IMG/VR virus record: IMGVR_UViG_3300012953_000147
Coordinates: 1 to 29,599 of that record
DNA: 29,599 bases
Source: a virus
Taxonomy: Duplodnaviria; Caudoviricetes
Direction: 5' to 3' (one strand)
Made by a program: the position numbers and the translations under genes. This document shows, piece after piece, positions 17,169-25,936 of this stretch. The first letter of the stretch is position 1. The number at the start of each line of letters is the position of its first letter. The notes under the pieces were generated by a model that saw only the letters and a list, made by a program, of their open reading frames with translations, had not been told where the DNA came from and made no database searches.

Positions 17169-18123
17169 ATTTGTTCGTAAGAAGGATGGGTTGTGGAATT
17201 TTAGATGTCCTTATTGTGGTGATTCAAAGAAGTACAAGAACAAGGCACGAGGATATTTCATCAGAGTAAAAACTGATTTGGTATACAAGTGTCACAATTG
17301 TGGTGTGGGTAGATCCTTTTCCAATTTTCTTAAGGAACAGGCAGTTGACCTACATGATGAGTACATCATGGAACGCTATAAGGAGGGTCTCACTGGGAAA
17401 GGTAGATACGTTAAAAGTCCAGAGTCTTTATTTACTGTTAAGAAGCCGAAAACAATTAAAATTCCTGACGGTTTACAGACCATTGCGAGTCTAAATAAAG
17501 AACATCCCGCTAAAGATTATATTTTAAAACGTGGCATCCCAGAAAAGTATCACACTGAATTATATTATGTTGAAAAGTTTCAAGCATGGGTTAACACACA
17601 GAAGTATACATATTCAAATGAGTCTCTAAAATACGACCACCCTCGTGTCATCATACCGTTGATAGAGGGTGGTTCTTGGTTTGGATTTCAAGGTAGATCT
17701 TTGGATCCTCAAGACAAGATGAGATATGTTACTGTCATACTAGATGATGAGAAGAAAAAGATCTATGGTTTAAATCACTGTTCCTTTGATGAAACATTAT
17801 TTGTTACAGAAGGTCCTATAGATTCTTTGTTCTTAAAAAACTCTATCGCTATGGTAGGAGCAGACGTTGACTGGACATTTGCTGAGGAAAAGAACGTGGT
17901 GTTCATCTATGATAATGAACCACGTAACGAGCAGATTGTGAGACGTATGCAAATGGTAATAGATAGAGGACTTAGATTGGTCATTTGGCCACAGAAAGTT
18001 CAGCAAAAGGACATAAACGATATGGTATCAGCTGGACATAACGTTCAAAGTATAGTAGAATCATACACTACTAGCGGATTACAAGCACAATTAGCATTAA
18101 ACGATTGGAAACGAGTACTATGA
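17116..18123 (+). CDS. gp61: DNA primase (T4 gp61)
   Basis: Zn finger CPYCGDS...CHNC; TOPRIM EGPIDS, YDNE, KDIND. Confidence 0.95.
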   Translation: MNYIESKYVNLLSGRLDKFVRKKDGLWNFRCPYCGDSKKYKNKARGYFIRVKTDLVYKCHNCGVGRSFSNFLKEQAVDLHDEYIMERYKEGLTGKGRYVKSPESLFTVKKPKTIKIPDGLQTIASLNKEHPAKDYILKRGIPEKYHTELYYVEKFQAWVNTQKYTYSNESLKYDHPRVIIPLIEGGSWFGFQGRSLDPQDKMRYVTVILDDEKKKIYGLNHCSFDETLFVTEGPIDSLFLKNSIAMVGADVDWTFAEEKNVVFIYDNEPRNEQIVRRMQMVIDRGLRLVIWPQKVQQKDINDMVSAGHNVQSIVESYTTSGLQAQLALNDWKRVL

Positions 18124-20447
18124 CATTCTCCACCGACATAAAGGTTGTAAAAAGAAACAAGAAGGTTGAACAGATCAACCTTGAAAAGGTACACAAAATG
18201 GTGGAGCATGCCTGTGAAGGTCTTGCAGGTGTGTCTGAGAGTCAGATTGAAATGAACGCTAACATACAATGGTATGATGGTATTAAAACAACTGACATTC
18301 AGGAAATTCTTATAAGATCTGCTAATGATTTGATCTCATTAGATAACCCTAACTATCAATTTGTAGCAGCAAGACTACTATTGTTTGCACTCCGTAAGAG
18401 TGTCTATGGATGTCACCCTGATGACCGTCCTCCTATAGTAGAACATCTTGAAGGTGGTGTTGAGTTAGGAATATATGACGAGACATTACCATCTGCATAC
18501 AGCGATGAAGAATGGGAAGAGATTGACTCATACATAGATCATGATCGTGATTTCCTGTTCACTTATGCAGGACTCAGACAGGTCGTAGATAAATATCTAG
18601 TACAGGATCGCAGTAGCAACACAGTATACGAGACACCTCAGTATATGTACATGCTTATTGCTGCAACACTCTTCAAAAATTATCCAGCAGATACTAAAAT
18701 AGATTATGTCAGAAGATACTACAACGCAATCAGCAAGCACAAACTCAACATCCCAACACCAGTCATGGCAGGGGTCAGAACACCCATTCGTCAATTTGCA
18801 TCTTGTGTTCTGGTTGATGTTGATGACACCCTCAATAGTATCTTTAGTTCTGATATGGCTATTGGCAAATACGTCGCACAACGTGCTGGTATCGGTATTA
18901 ACGCGGGAAGAATCAGAGGGATCAATTCTAAGATCCGTGGAGGAGAAGTTCAACACACAGGTGTTGTCCCCTTCCTTAAAAAGTTTGAATCAACTGTCAG
19001 ATGCTGCACTCAAAATGGCATCCGAGGCGGTTCAGCGACAGTCCACTTTCCTATCTGGCATCAAGAAATTCAAGACATCATTGTTCTCAAAAACAACAAA
19101 GGAACAGAAGACAACCGAGTAAGAAAGCTTGACTACTCTATTCAAATATCAAAGTTGTTCTATGAAAGATTTATCAAAGGTGGTTCTATTAGTCTTTTCA
19201 GTCCTCATGATTGTCCTGGGTTGTATGACTCTTTCGGTACTGAACGTTTTGACGAACTCTATACCAGATACGAAGGAGATGAAACCATCTCTAGACACAC
19301 CGTTGATGCCCAAGAATTAATACTTGACCTCTTGAAAGAAAGAGCAGAGACAGGTCGTATATACATCATGAACATTGATCATTGTAATAGTCATAGTTCA
19401 TTCCTAGACAAGGTGAACATGAGTAACCTATGTCAAGAGATCACTCTACCTACCACACCTATTAACCACATAGATTCTAGTGATGGTGAGATAGCATTGT
19501 GTATTCTATCTGCTATCAACGTAGGTAAGTTGAATAGACTACAGGACATGGAAGAACTATGTGATCTCTCTGTCCGTGCATTAGATGAACTCATTGACTA
19601 TCAAGAGTATCCAGTTGAAGCAGCAAAGGTTTCAACATTAGCAAGACGTTCTCTTGGTATAGGTTACATAGGTCTAGCACACTATCTTGCTAAGAACAAA
19701 GTCAAGTATGAAGACCCTGCTGCATGGAGTTTAGTACATGATCTAACAGAATCATTCCAGTACTACCTACTCAAAGCATCTAATGAGGTAGCAAAAGAGA
19801 AGGGAGCATGTGACTATTTTAACAGAACTAAATACTCTCACGGTGTTCTACCAATTGATTCATATAAGAAAGAGGTAGACGAATTAGTTCCAAATAATTT
19901 AAAGCATGATTGGGAATCTCTTAGATCATCTATCATATCCAACGGTTTACGGCACTCAACATTGTCCGCACAAATGCCTTCGGAGAGCAGTTCCATTGTG
20001 TCAAACGCAACAAATGGAATTGAACCACCTAGAGACTACCTGTCCGTTAAAAAATCAAAGAAAGGACCTCTTAAGCAAATTGTTCCCGCCTATGGTCATC
20101 TAAAGAATGACTATACATTACTATGGAACATGCCTAGCAATGCAGGTTATATTAATATTGTAGCAGTGATGCAGAAGTTCTTTGATCAAGCGATCAGTGG
20201 TAACTGGAGTTATAATCCAGAGAACTATCCAGACTCTGAAGTTCCTGTTAGTGTAATGGCACAGGATCTTCTTACGTCTTATAAGTATGGATGGAAGACT
20301 TCTTATTATCAGAATACATATGATGCTAAGAAAGATGTAGATGAACCAGCACATCCTATTGGTTGGAAGGATGACGTAGCTGTTAACAACCTAATCAACG
20401 AAATACTAACTACCGAGGAGGAGATTTGTGACAGCTGTGCAGTCTGA
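18120..20447 (+). CDS. nrdA: class Ia ribonucleotide reductase alpha subunit
   Basis: ATP cone VVKRN, FASC, TQNGIRGG, SNLCQEI, QMPSESSS, KTSYY, C-terminal CDSC. Confidence 0.97.
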   Translation: MTFSTDIKVVKRNKKVEQINLEKVHKMVEHACEGLAGVSESQIEMNANIQWYDGIKTTDIQEILIRSANDLISLDNPNYQFVAARLLLFALRKSVYGCHPDDRPPIVEHLEGGVELGIYDETLPSAYSDEEWEEIDSYIDHDRDFLFTYAGLRQVVDKYLVQDRSSNTVYETPQYMYMLIAATLFKNYPADTKIDYVRRYYNAISKHKLNIPTPVMAGVRTPIRQFASCVLVDVDDTLNSIFSSDMAIGKYVAQRAGIGINAGRIRGINSKIRGGEVQHTGVVPFLKKFESTVRCCTQNGIRGGSATVHFPIWHQEIQDIIVLKNNKGTEDNRVRKLDYSIQISKLFYERFIKGGSISLFSPHDCPGLYDSFGTERFDELYTRYEGDETISRHTVDAQELILDLLKERAETGRIYIMNIDHCNSHSSFLDKVNMSNLCQEITLPTTPINHIDSSDGEIALCILSAINVGKLNRLQDMEELCDLSVRALDELIDYQEYPVEAAKVSTLARRSLGIGYIGLAHYLAKNKVKYEDPAAWSLVHDLTESFQYYLLKASNEVAKEKGACDYFNRTKYSHGVLPIDSYKKEVDELVPNNLKHDWESLRSSIISNGLRHSTLSAQMPSESSSIVSNATNGIEPPRDYLSVKKSKKGPLKQIVPAYGHLKNDYTLLWNMPSNAGYINIVAVMQKFFDQAISGNWSYNPENYPDSEVPVSVMAQDLLTSYKYGWKTSYYQNTYDAKKDVDEPAHPIGWKDDVAVNNLINEILTTEEEICDSCAV

Positions 20448-21588
20448 ACCAACTGGTATGACAGTGTTCAATACGAACAAGGTCAATACTAAGAAGCAAC
20501 CAATGTTTTTTGGTGCTCCATTAGGAGTACAGAGATACGATACATACAAGTATCCTACCTTTGACCGATTGACTCAACAACAGTTGGGTTATTTCTGGAG
20601 ACCTGAAGAGGTATCACTTCAGAAAGATCGTTCAGACTATGCACAACTAACAGATCAACAGAAGCATATCTTTACTTCTAATCTGAAGTACCAGATCATG
20701 TTAGATAGTGTACAAGGTAGAGCACCAGGTATGGCATTCCTTCCTTACTGTTCTTTACCAGAACTTGAATCTTGTATGGAAGTGTGGTCATTCATGGAGA
20801 TGATTCATAGTAGATCTTATACTTACATAATTAAGAACGTTTATTCAGATCCATCAGAGGTATTTGATCAGATCTTAGATGATGATAAGATATTATCTAG
20901 AGCATCATCCGTTACTAAATCTTATGATGACTTTATAAACTATGCTCAGTCATGGGGTCAAGGTAACTTATGGAAACAAGATTCTAAAGGATCCCCATCA
21001 GCAGTATGGACATTGAAGGATCTAAAACGTACACTTTATAGAGCAGTCGCTAATGTTAACATCCTTGAAGGTATTCGTTTTTACGTGTCTTTTGCTTGCA
21101 GTTTCGCTTTCGGTGAGCTCAAGCTTATGGAAGGGTCTGCAAAAATCCTTTCCCTCATTTCCAGAGACGAATCACAGCACTTGGTTCTTACACAACAGAT
21201 TTTAAAGAACTGGTCTCAAGGTGATGACCCTGATATGTTAGAAGTTATTGAGGAAGAGAAGGAAACTGTTATTCAAATGTTTAAGGATGCAGTAGATGAA
21301 GAGAAAGCATGGGCAGACTATCTGTTTCAAGATGGTAGTATGATAGGATTAAATGAGAGACTACTAGGACAGTATGTTGAATGGATTGCTAATAGAAGAA
21401 TGAAAGCAATTGGTTTTGAACCTATCTATGATGTGCCTTTGAGAAATAACCCACTCCCTTGGACTGAGCATTGGCTCAACTCCAAAGGTCAACAGAATGC
21501 TCCACAAGAAACAGAGATAGAATCTTATGTTGTAGGTGGCATCAAGCAGGATGTTAAAAAAGATACTTTCGCAGACTTCTCATTATGA
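20428..21588 (+). CDS. nrdB: class Ia ribonucleotide reductase beta subunit
   Basis: FWRPEEV, LDSVQ, EMIHSRSY, EGIRFYVSF, DESQH, QETEIESY. Confidence 0.97.
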   Translation: MTAVQSEPTGMTVFNTNKVNTKKQPMFFGAPLGVQRYDTYKYPTFDRLTQQQLGYFWRPEEVSLQKDRSDYAQLTDQQKHIFTSNLKYQIMLDSVQGRAPGMAFLPYCSLPELESCMEVWSFMEMIHSRSYTYIIKNVYSDPSEVFDQILDDDKILSRASSVTKSYDDFINYAQSWGQGNLWKQDSKGSPSAVWTLKDLKRTLYRAVANVNILEGIRFYVSFACSFAFGELKLMEGSAKILSLISRDESQHLVLTQQILKNWSQGDDPDMLEVIEEEKETVIQMFKDAVDEEKAWADYLFQDGSMIGLNERLLGQYVEWIANRRMKAIGFEPIYDVPLRNNPLPWTEHWLNSKGQQNAPQETEIESYVVGGIKQDVKKDTFADFSL

Positions 21589-21830
21589 TTTCAGTTTTTG
21601 AATTACAACTCGCAAGAGATTTTCTATTCGGTTCATGTCCACCAGTATATACTTTACCTGGTACATGGACTAAGTGTAATGCACTTATACCACACTACAA
21701 TGCCAATCCAAACATCACGTTTGGTATATCAGTTGCAGTAATCACAATATTACTAGCAGGTTTTGGAGTGTACAAAGCATTCTTTAACAACAAAGAACTA
21801 GCAGACCCTTGGGATGATCACGACGATTGA
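21585..21830 (+). CDS. psbN: PsbN-like membrane protein with N-terminal extension
   Basis: Single TM helix then GVYKAFF...LADPWDDHDD, matching the PsbN Y-x-A-F...L-x-DP-F/W-EE-H-x-D tail. Confidence 0.7.
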   Translation: MISVFELQLARDFLFGSCPPVYTLPGTWTKCNALIPHYNANPNITFGISVAVITILLAGFGVYKAFFNNKELADPWDDHDD

Positions 21831-21832
21831 TT

Positions 21833-22357
21833 ATGGACATTCGTGATGGTCTTATTACTATCAAAAATTTTGTTAGTAAAGAAGAAGGTGAGAAATTATC
21901 AAAGTATATACTTGAATACGAAAGCACTATCAAGTCATTAGGTCCTGATATATACGGTGGTACTTCTGATGACTCTCTAACAGGAAGATTTAATGTGTTT
22001 AACTATCTGGAACATGAACCAGGTGAAATATTAAATCCAAAACTGAAAGATATGTTTGGAGAATGTTTAGTTCAGTGTTGGGCAAACACATTTAGAAAGG
22101 GTGAGGGTATAGAACCTCATAAGCACAGTAATAAATTTAGATCTGGAATGGTATGTGCAAATTTATTTCTATCAGGAGTCAACAATGGTACTTGGTATGA
22201 AGCAGAAGGAGATATACATAATGAGATTGGAACTCTAGTTATATTTCCTAATGATTATGTACATGGTGTAAAACCAAATACTTCAGATGCTATTAGAATT
22301 AGTATGGCATTTGATATTTACACCCTACCTAAAGCAAACACTTATCATTTAAAGTAA
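21833..22357 (+). CDS. 2OG-Fe(II) oxygenase-like protein (HxH type)
   Basis: WAN..., HKH, GTLVIFP, HGV, RISMAF. Confidence 0.75.
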   Translation: MDIRDGLITIKNFVSKEEGEKLSKYILEYESTIKSLGPDIYGGTSDDSLTGRFNVFNYLEHEPGEILNPKLKDMFGECLVQCWANTFRKGEGIEPHKHSNKFRSGMVCANLFLSGVNNGTWYEAEGDIHNEIGTLVIFPNDYVHGVKPNTSDAIRISMAFDIYTLPKANTYHLK

Positions 22358-22932
22358 TGGATTTTATTACAGAGTATGCAGTAGAGGATGAAGTCTGTGA
22401 TGGACTTATGACTTTATATAAAGAAGTTGAAGCATCAGGTAAAGGTTGCCAAAAAGGTACTGTAGGATCTCATAATCAAGTAGATGAATCCTACAAGAAG
22501 TGTACTGATTTATTCTTTAATGATATTCCTAAATCAGGTGTTGAGTATCACCCTAGATTTAAAGACATTGAATACTTAAATCATTTAAAAGAAAGTTCTG
22601 AAGATTATAGTAAGAAGTATCTGTATGGTAGAGAGATAGTATTTCATAGTCATCCTAAGTTTCAATACTATAAACCTGGCGAAGCATTTTATGTTGAACA
22701 CTTTGATGCTTCAGGTCCTGAACAAGGTAGAGTAGTTGCTTGGATTACCTATCTAAATACTCTTACTGATGGAGGTGGTACATATTTTACCTACCAAAAT
22801 CATACTGTTGAACCTAGAAAAGGTAAGACAGTCTTCTTTCCCGCAGGTTATACTCACGCACATAGAGGTGTAGTATCACCTACTCAAGAAAAATTTATCG
22901 TAACTGGATGGTTCGCATGGAACATGAAATAA
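22357..22932 (+). CDS. 2OG-Fe(II) oxygenase (prolyl-4-hydroxylase-like)
   Basis: HFD...YLN...GGGTYF...FPAGYTHAHRG...KFIVTGW. Confidence 0.88.
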   Translation: MDFITEYAVEDEVCDGLMTLYKEVEASGKGCQKGTVGSHNQVDESYKKCTDLFFNDIPKSGVEYHPRFKDIEYLNHLKESSEDYSKKYLYGREIVFHSHPKFQYYKPGEAFYVEHFDASGPEQGRVVAWITYLNTLTDGGGTYFTYQNHTVEPRKGKTVFFPAGYTHAHRGVVSPTQEKFIVTGWFAWNMK

Positions 22933-23111
22933 ACCCCTCACAAGACAAACCTTTAACAGAAGAATACCAAAGAAAGGCAGAAGAACGTTATGAACAACTC
23001 CTATCCGAGTATGATACCTCAGAAACTGAGTCAGCTGGACTCCATTTTCTCTGGGAGCAAGGAAAAAAGTCTCAAAATGTTACTAAAGATACACAAAAAC
23101 TTGATAAATAG
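22917..23111 (+). CDS. hypothetical protein
   Basis: Short ORF from ATG 22917; its 3' end overlaps regulatory elements. Confidence 0.5.
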   Translation: MEHEINPSQDKPLTEEYQRKAEERYEQLLSEYDTSETESAGLHFLWEQGKKSQNVTKDTQKLDK

Positions 23112-23129
23112 ATGTGGGTATGCTAACAT
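23078..23129 (+). promoter_or_regulatory. NtcA-like box plus overlapping sigma70-like and late promoters
   Basis: TGT-N10-ACA at 23078-23093; TTGATA(23101)-17 nt-TAACAT(23124) with extended TG; ATAAATA 23104-23110. Confidence 0.5.
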
Positions 23130-23137
23130 ACCTATGT

Positions 23138-23180
23138 CGTTCAACCTCATTAGAGGTCGCAAGTAAGCCGACTCGGAACG
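23138..23180 (+). ncRNA. glutamine riboswitch-like aptamer 1 (glnA / Downstream-peptide family)
   Basis: P1 CGUUC/GAACG, P2 ACCUC-auua-GAGGU, junction CGCAAGUA; matches the CGUUCA...CG.AAGUA...GAACG pattern. Confidence 0.7.
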
Positions 23181-23183
23181 GAG

Positions 23184-23380
23184 CGTTCATCCCATGATAC
23201 CACTGCTACTAGCAACTGCTTTAGTCTGTGCCGATATATCAGAAATGGTAGATCGTGTTAATGCAAAACAAGACCTTACCCTTCGTGAGAAGGAAGAGAT
23301 CATTGCAATATATCAGATTCATTTAGTAGAGGCAACAGGACTGGTATGCGACTGGGACGCAAAAGCCGACTGAAGGAACG
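23184..23380 (+). ncRNA. glutamine riboswitch-like aptamer 2, split by an ORF in the P2 loop
   Basis: 5' half CGUUCA-UCCCA (23184-23194); 3' half UGGGA-CGCAAAAGCCGACUGAAGGAACG (23353-23380). Confidence 0.6.
23194..23373 (+). CDS. 59-aa protein nested within aptamer 2
   Basis: MIPLLLATALVCADISEMVDRVNAKQDLTLREKEEIIAIYQIHLVEATGLVCDWDAKAD*; GGAG at 23180-23183. Not in the ORF track. Confidence 0.65.
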   Translation: MIPLLLATALVCADISEMVDRVNAKQDLTLREKEEIIAIYQIHLVEATGLVCDWDAKAD

Positions 23381-23415
23381 GATGTAAAAATCCAATTACT
23401 TTAGGAGAAAACCAA

Positions 23416-23547
23416 ATGGCACAAGTCACATATCGCGGTGTTAAATATGACACTACCGACAAGTCAAAGAAAGACTTGAAAGAAAACGTACAGCAACTAC
23501 ACTATCGTGGGTTAAACCATGACAAGAAAGTTACAGTTTGTGCGTAA
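23416..23547 (+). CDS. YRG-repeat small protein (DUF4278-like)
   Basis: MAQVTYRGVKYDT...LHYRGLNH...; strong AGGAG SD. This protein type is typically found downstream of cyanobacterial glutamine riboswitches. Not in the ORF track. Confidence 0.8.
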   Translation: MAQVTYRGVKYDTTDKSKKDLKENVQQLHYRGLNHDKKVTVCA

Positions 23548-23568
23548 ACCTACATACTTGTATTTGTT

Positions 23569-23597
23569 AACACACCCTTTACAGGGTGTGTTTTTTT
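23569..23597 (+). terminator. Rho-independent terminator
   Basis: AACACACCCT-TTAC-AGGGTGTGTT-TTTTT. Confidence 0.88.
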
Positions 23598-23605
23598 ATG
23601 CTACA

Positions 23606-23612
23606 ATAAATA
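23606..23612 (+). promoter_or_regulatory. late promoter for talC
   Basis: ATAAATA between the terminator and the talC SD (AAGGA). Confidence 0.6.
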
Positions 23613-23633
23613 ATGAAAGTATGAAGGAAAGTC

Positions 23634-24299
23634 ATGAAACTTTTTCTGGACTGTTCTGAAGTCCCACAAATTAAGGAGATTTACAATACTGGATTGATTG
23701 ATGGTGTTACTACCAATCCTACATTGATGGCAAAGTCAGGTAGAAATCCAGTTGATGTGTACAAAGAATTGTCTGAAATTTTTCCTTGGAATTCTTCTAT
23801 TTCTGCTGAAGTAGTTGGAGATACTTCGGAAGAGATGTTACAGATGGCAGCAGAGTACTTGGACATAGGTCCGAACATTACTATCAAAGTACCTTGTACA
23901 CCACAAGGTCTTATTGCATGTCATGAACTCAATAAAGATGAGATCCCTGTCAACGTCACGTTGATCTTTTCTACCGCACAAGCAATCCTTGCTTCAAAAG
24001 CAGGTGCTACATATGTTAGTCCGTTTGTTGGTAGAGTAAATGATCAGCACTATAATGGTATACAATTAGTGGAGGAAATTGCAGATGTCTTTGCAACTCA
24101 CAAATCCGAGACTCAAGTTTTGGCAGCGTCTATTCGTGAACCTGCCCAAGTATCCTCTTGCTTCCGAGTGGGTGCTGATATATGCACTATCCCTTTAAAA
24201 GTATTTCATGGGATGTACAATCATATTCTAACTGACCATGGATTGATGCTCTTTGATAGAGATTGGAAATCCGTTCAAGAGAATCTGATAAAACCATGA
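23634..24299 (+). CDS. talC: transaldolase (TalC/FSA family)
   Basis: GVTTNPT, IKVP (Schiff-base Lys), NVTLIFS, YVSPFVGR, LAASIR. Confidence 0.96.
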   Translation: MKLFLDCSEVPQIKEIYNTGLIDGVTTNPTLMAKSGRNPVDVYKELSEIFPWNSSISAEVVGDTSEEMLQMAAEYLDIGPNITIKVPCTPQGLIACHELNKDEIPVNVTLIFSTAQAILASKAGATYVSPFVGRVNDQHYNGIQLVEEIADVFATHKSETQVLAASIREPAQVSSCFRVGADICTIPLKVFHGMYNHILTDHGLMLFDRDWKSVQENLIKP

Positions 24300-24460
24300 A
24301 TGGTCGCATCAACAAGGTGCACATGACATCCCGCTTAATGAAAATTAAGAAAGGTATAGCGGAAAAATATTGGTATCCCGAATGGGATGACAAAGAACGA
24401 TGGGCAGCACAACAAGCATTGAATGCAGCCCTAGATATATTAGATGAGTATTATCAGTAA
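24296..24460 (+). CDS. hypothetical protein
   Basis: ATG 24296 overlaps the talC stop (ATGA). Confidence 0.7.
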   Translation: MNGRINKVHMTSRLMKIKKGIAEKYWYPEWDDKERWAAQQALNAALDILDEYYQ

Positions 24461-24462
24461 TT

Positions 24463-24684
24463 ATGTTACACATGAGAGAACAACTACTACGAGCAGTCTT
24501 AGCACATGCTCAAGGTGAAATAGAAAAGCACAAGGTAAATGTTAATGTTTACTTAGAACATCCAGTAGGTATTGGAGAGCATTCAGACATTACTGAAGCA
24601 ATCCAAGGTGAACTGGATAAGATCGCTAGATATCAAGATCAGATTGAAGTGGTCAACAAATACTTCCGTGCTTCTAGTGCTTAA
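24463..24684 (+). CDS. conserved hypothetical protein
   Basis: NVYLEHPVGIGEHSDI motif. Confidence 0.8.
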   Translation: MLHMREQLLRAVLAHAQGEIEKHKVNVNVYLEHPVGIGEHSDITEAIQGELDKIARYQDQIEVVNKYFRASSA

Positions 24685-24898
24685 AGAATGTCAAGCATGT
24701 CAATCTAGATGGTTAGATGGACAACTATACTGGTCTACTGGTAAGGTAGGTTGTCCACATGACTTAGCAGGATTGTTATGTAATGATATAGATTCCGAAC
24801 ACTGTATCAATCCGTGTAAGGGTTCTGACAGTGGACAGACATGGGCAATGAGGAGAGAATATATAGAAGGTACAAAAGATTTTTGGGACTACGACTAA
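24677..24898 (+). CDS. Cys-rich hypothetical protein
   Basis: GTG start at 24677; CQAC...WLDGQLYWSTG...DLAGLLCN...CINPC. Confidence 0.7.
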   Translation: MLKECQACQSRWLDGQLYWSTGKVGCPHDLAGLLCNDIDSEHCINPCKGSDSGQTWAMRREYIEGTKDFWDYD

Positions 24899-25053
24899 TG
24901 TGGAATTTCAATTTAAAAAAATCATTTGACAAAGTAGTTGCATGGGATAGAACTCTTGCAAGAAAATTTCAAGATAAGTTTAACTTAACTGACTACCAAA
25001 TGTTATGTGTTGCATTTGCTAAAGGATTTATTATAGGAGCAATTCTATTGTGA
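24898..25053 (+). CDS. small membrane protein
   Basis: TAATG coupling; C-terminal hydrophobic segment MLCVAFAKGFIIGAILL. Confidence 0.7.
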   Translation: MWNFNLKKSFDKVVAWDRTLARKFQDKFNLTDYQMLCVAFAKGFIIGAILL

Positions 25054-25262
25054 AACAACAGAAGATCACTTATCGTATCCGTCAGGATGGTGTAGTATAT
25101 GAAACAACTGAGGGTACAGAAGGTAATGAATGTGAAAGGTTGACTCAAGACATTGAGAAGGCACTAGGTACATTGTCTGATCGTATACATAAACCAGAGT
25201 ATTATAAATCACAACAAACTAGTACAAATGTCACACTTCAGCACGATCAAAACCAAACTTAA
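25050..25262 (+). CDS. DUF2997-like small protein
   Basis: IRQDGVVYETTEG..G..C..LT..IE..LG pattern; usually paired with Ycf35/DUF1257. Confidence 0.7.
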   Translation: MKQQKITYRIRQDGVVYETTEGTEGNECERLTQDIEKALGTLSDRIHKPEYYKSQQTSTNVTLQHDQNQT

Positions 25263-25608
25263 AGATAGAAAAGCATTGCTTCAAGCGTTGATGATCATGG
25301 GACATGGAGTTTTTGTGGATGAAATATTAGAGAACCCTCATGACCATGAGCATAAGCAATGGAAGGTTGATATTGCTATAGGAAAAGACTTTGGATTTAA
25401 GAAAAACAAAGAAGGAGTATATGAATTGGTTGCTGATGTTGAAACATGGAATCAAGATGTACCCATAGAAAGATTCATAGATAAAGTGTCTCAACAATAT
25501 GCTGTTGAGGTTATCTCTAGGGAAACTAAGAAAGCAGGTTGGGATGAGGAGTCACTTGAAGTAAATGACAAACAAGAAATAGAGCTTGTCGTTTCACGTT
25601 GGGTGTGA
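25228..25608 (+). CDS. ycf35: Ycf35/DUF1257-like protein
   Basis: MSHFSTIKTKL...GF...YELVAD...W...QQYA...LVVSRW. Confidence 0.75.
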   Translation: MSHFSTIKTKLKDRKALLQALMIMGHGVFVDEILENPHDHEHKQWKVDIAIGKDFGFKKNKEGVYELVADVETWNQDVPIERFIDKVSQQYAVEVISRETKKAGWDEESLEVNDKQEIELVVSRWV

Positions 25609-25636
25609 TATAATATTAGATACATCATATATAATC

Positions 25637-25936
25637 ATGACTAAGTTGACAAAAAAGGAGAGACACCAAGTTAAATCTAGGTGGTACTATCTCTTTTGGG
25701 GTGCAGCTACTGTTTCTGTATTTGCAGGTCAGATGTATGTTGGATCTGGATATCGTCAGATGTCTAGAGCATTCAATAGACTATTAGATACTACGATAGA
25801 AGTTTTACAACCCACACCTAGAATAAGAGGATACTATGCACCTATAGTTCCCCCACCACCAGAAAATTATTATGAAGATGATATGGTTCTAAGAGAACCT
25901 GCTGAGTTGTGGGGAACGGGTCCGAGTGAGTATTAA
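25637..25936 (+). CDS. hypothetical membrane protein
   Basis: ATG 25637; WYYLFWGAATVSVFAGQMYVG segment. Possible promoter TTGTCG-17-TATAAT at 25586-25614. Confidence 0.7.
   Translation: MTKLTKKERHQVKSRWYYLFWGAATVSVFAGQMYVGSGYRQMSRAFNRLLDTTIEVLQPTPRIRGYYAPIVPPPPENYYEDDMVLREPAELWGTGPSEY

Noticed and set aside
2623-21588. Introns or inteins in gp43, gp41, nrdA and nrdB
   Set aside because: All are continuous and of ordinary length, with no visible insertions.
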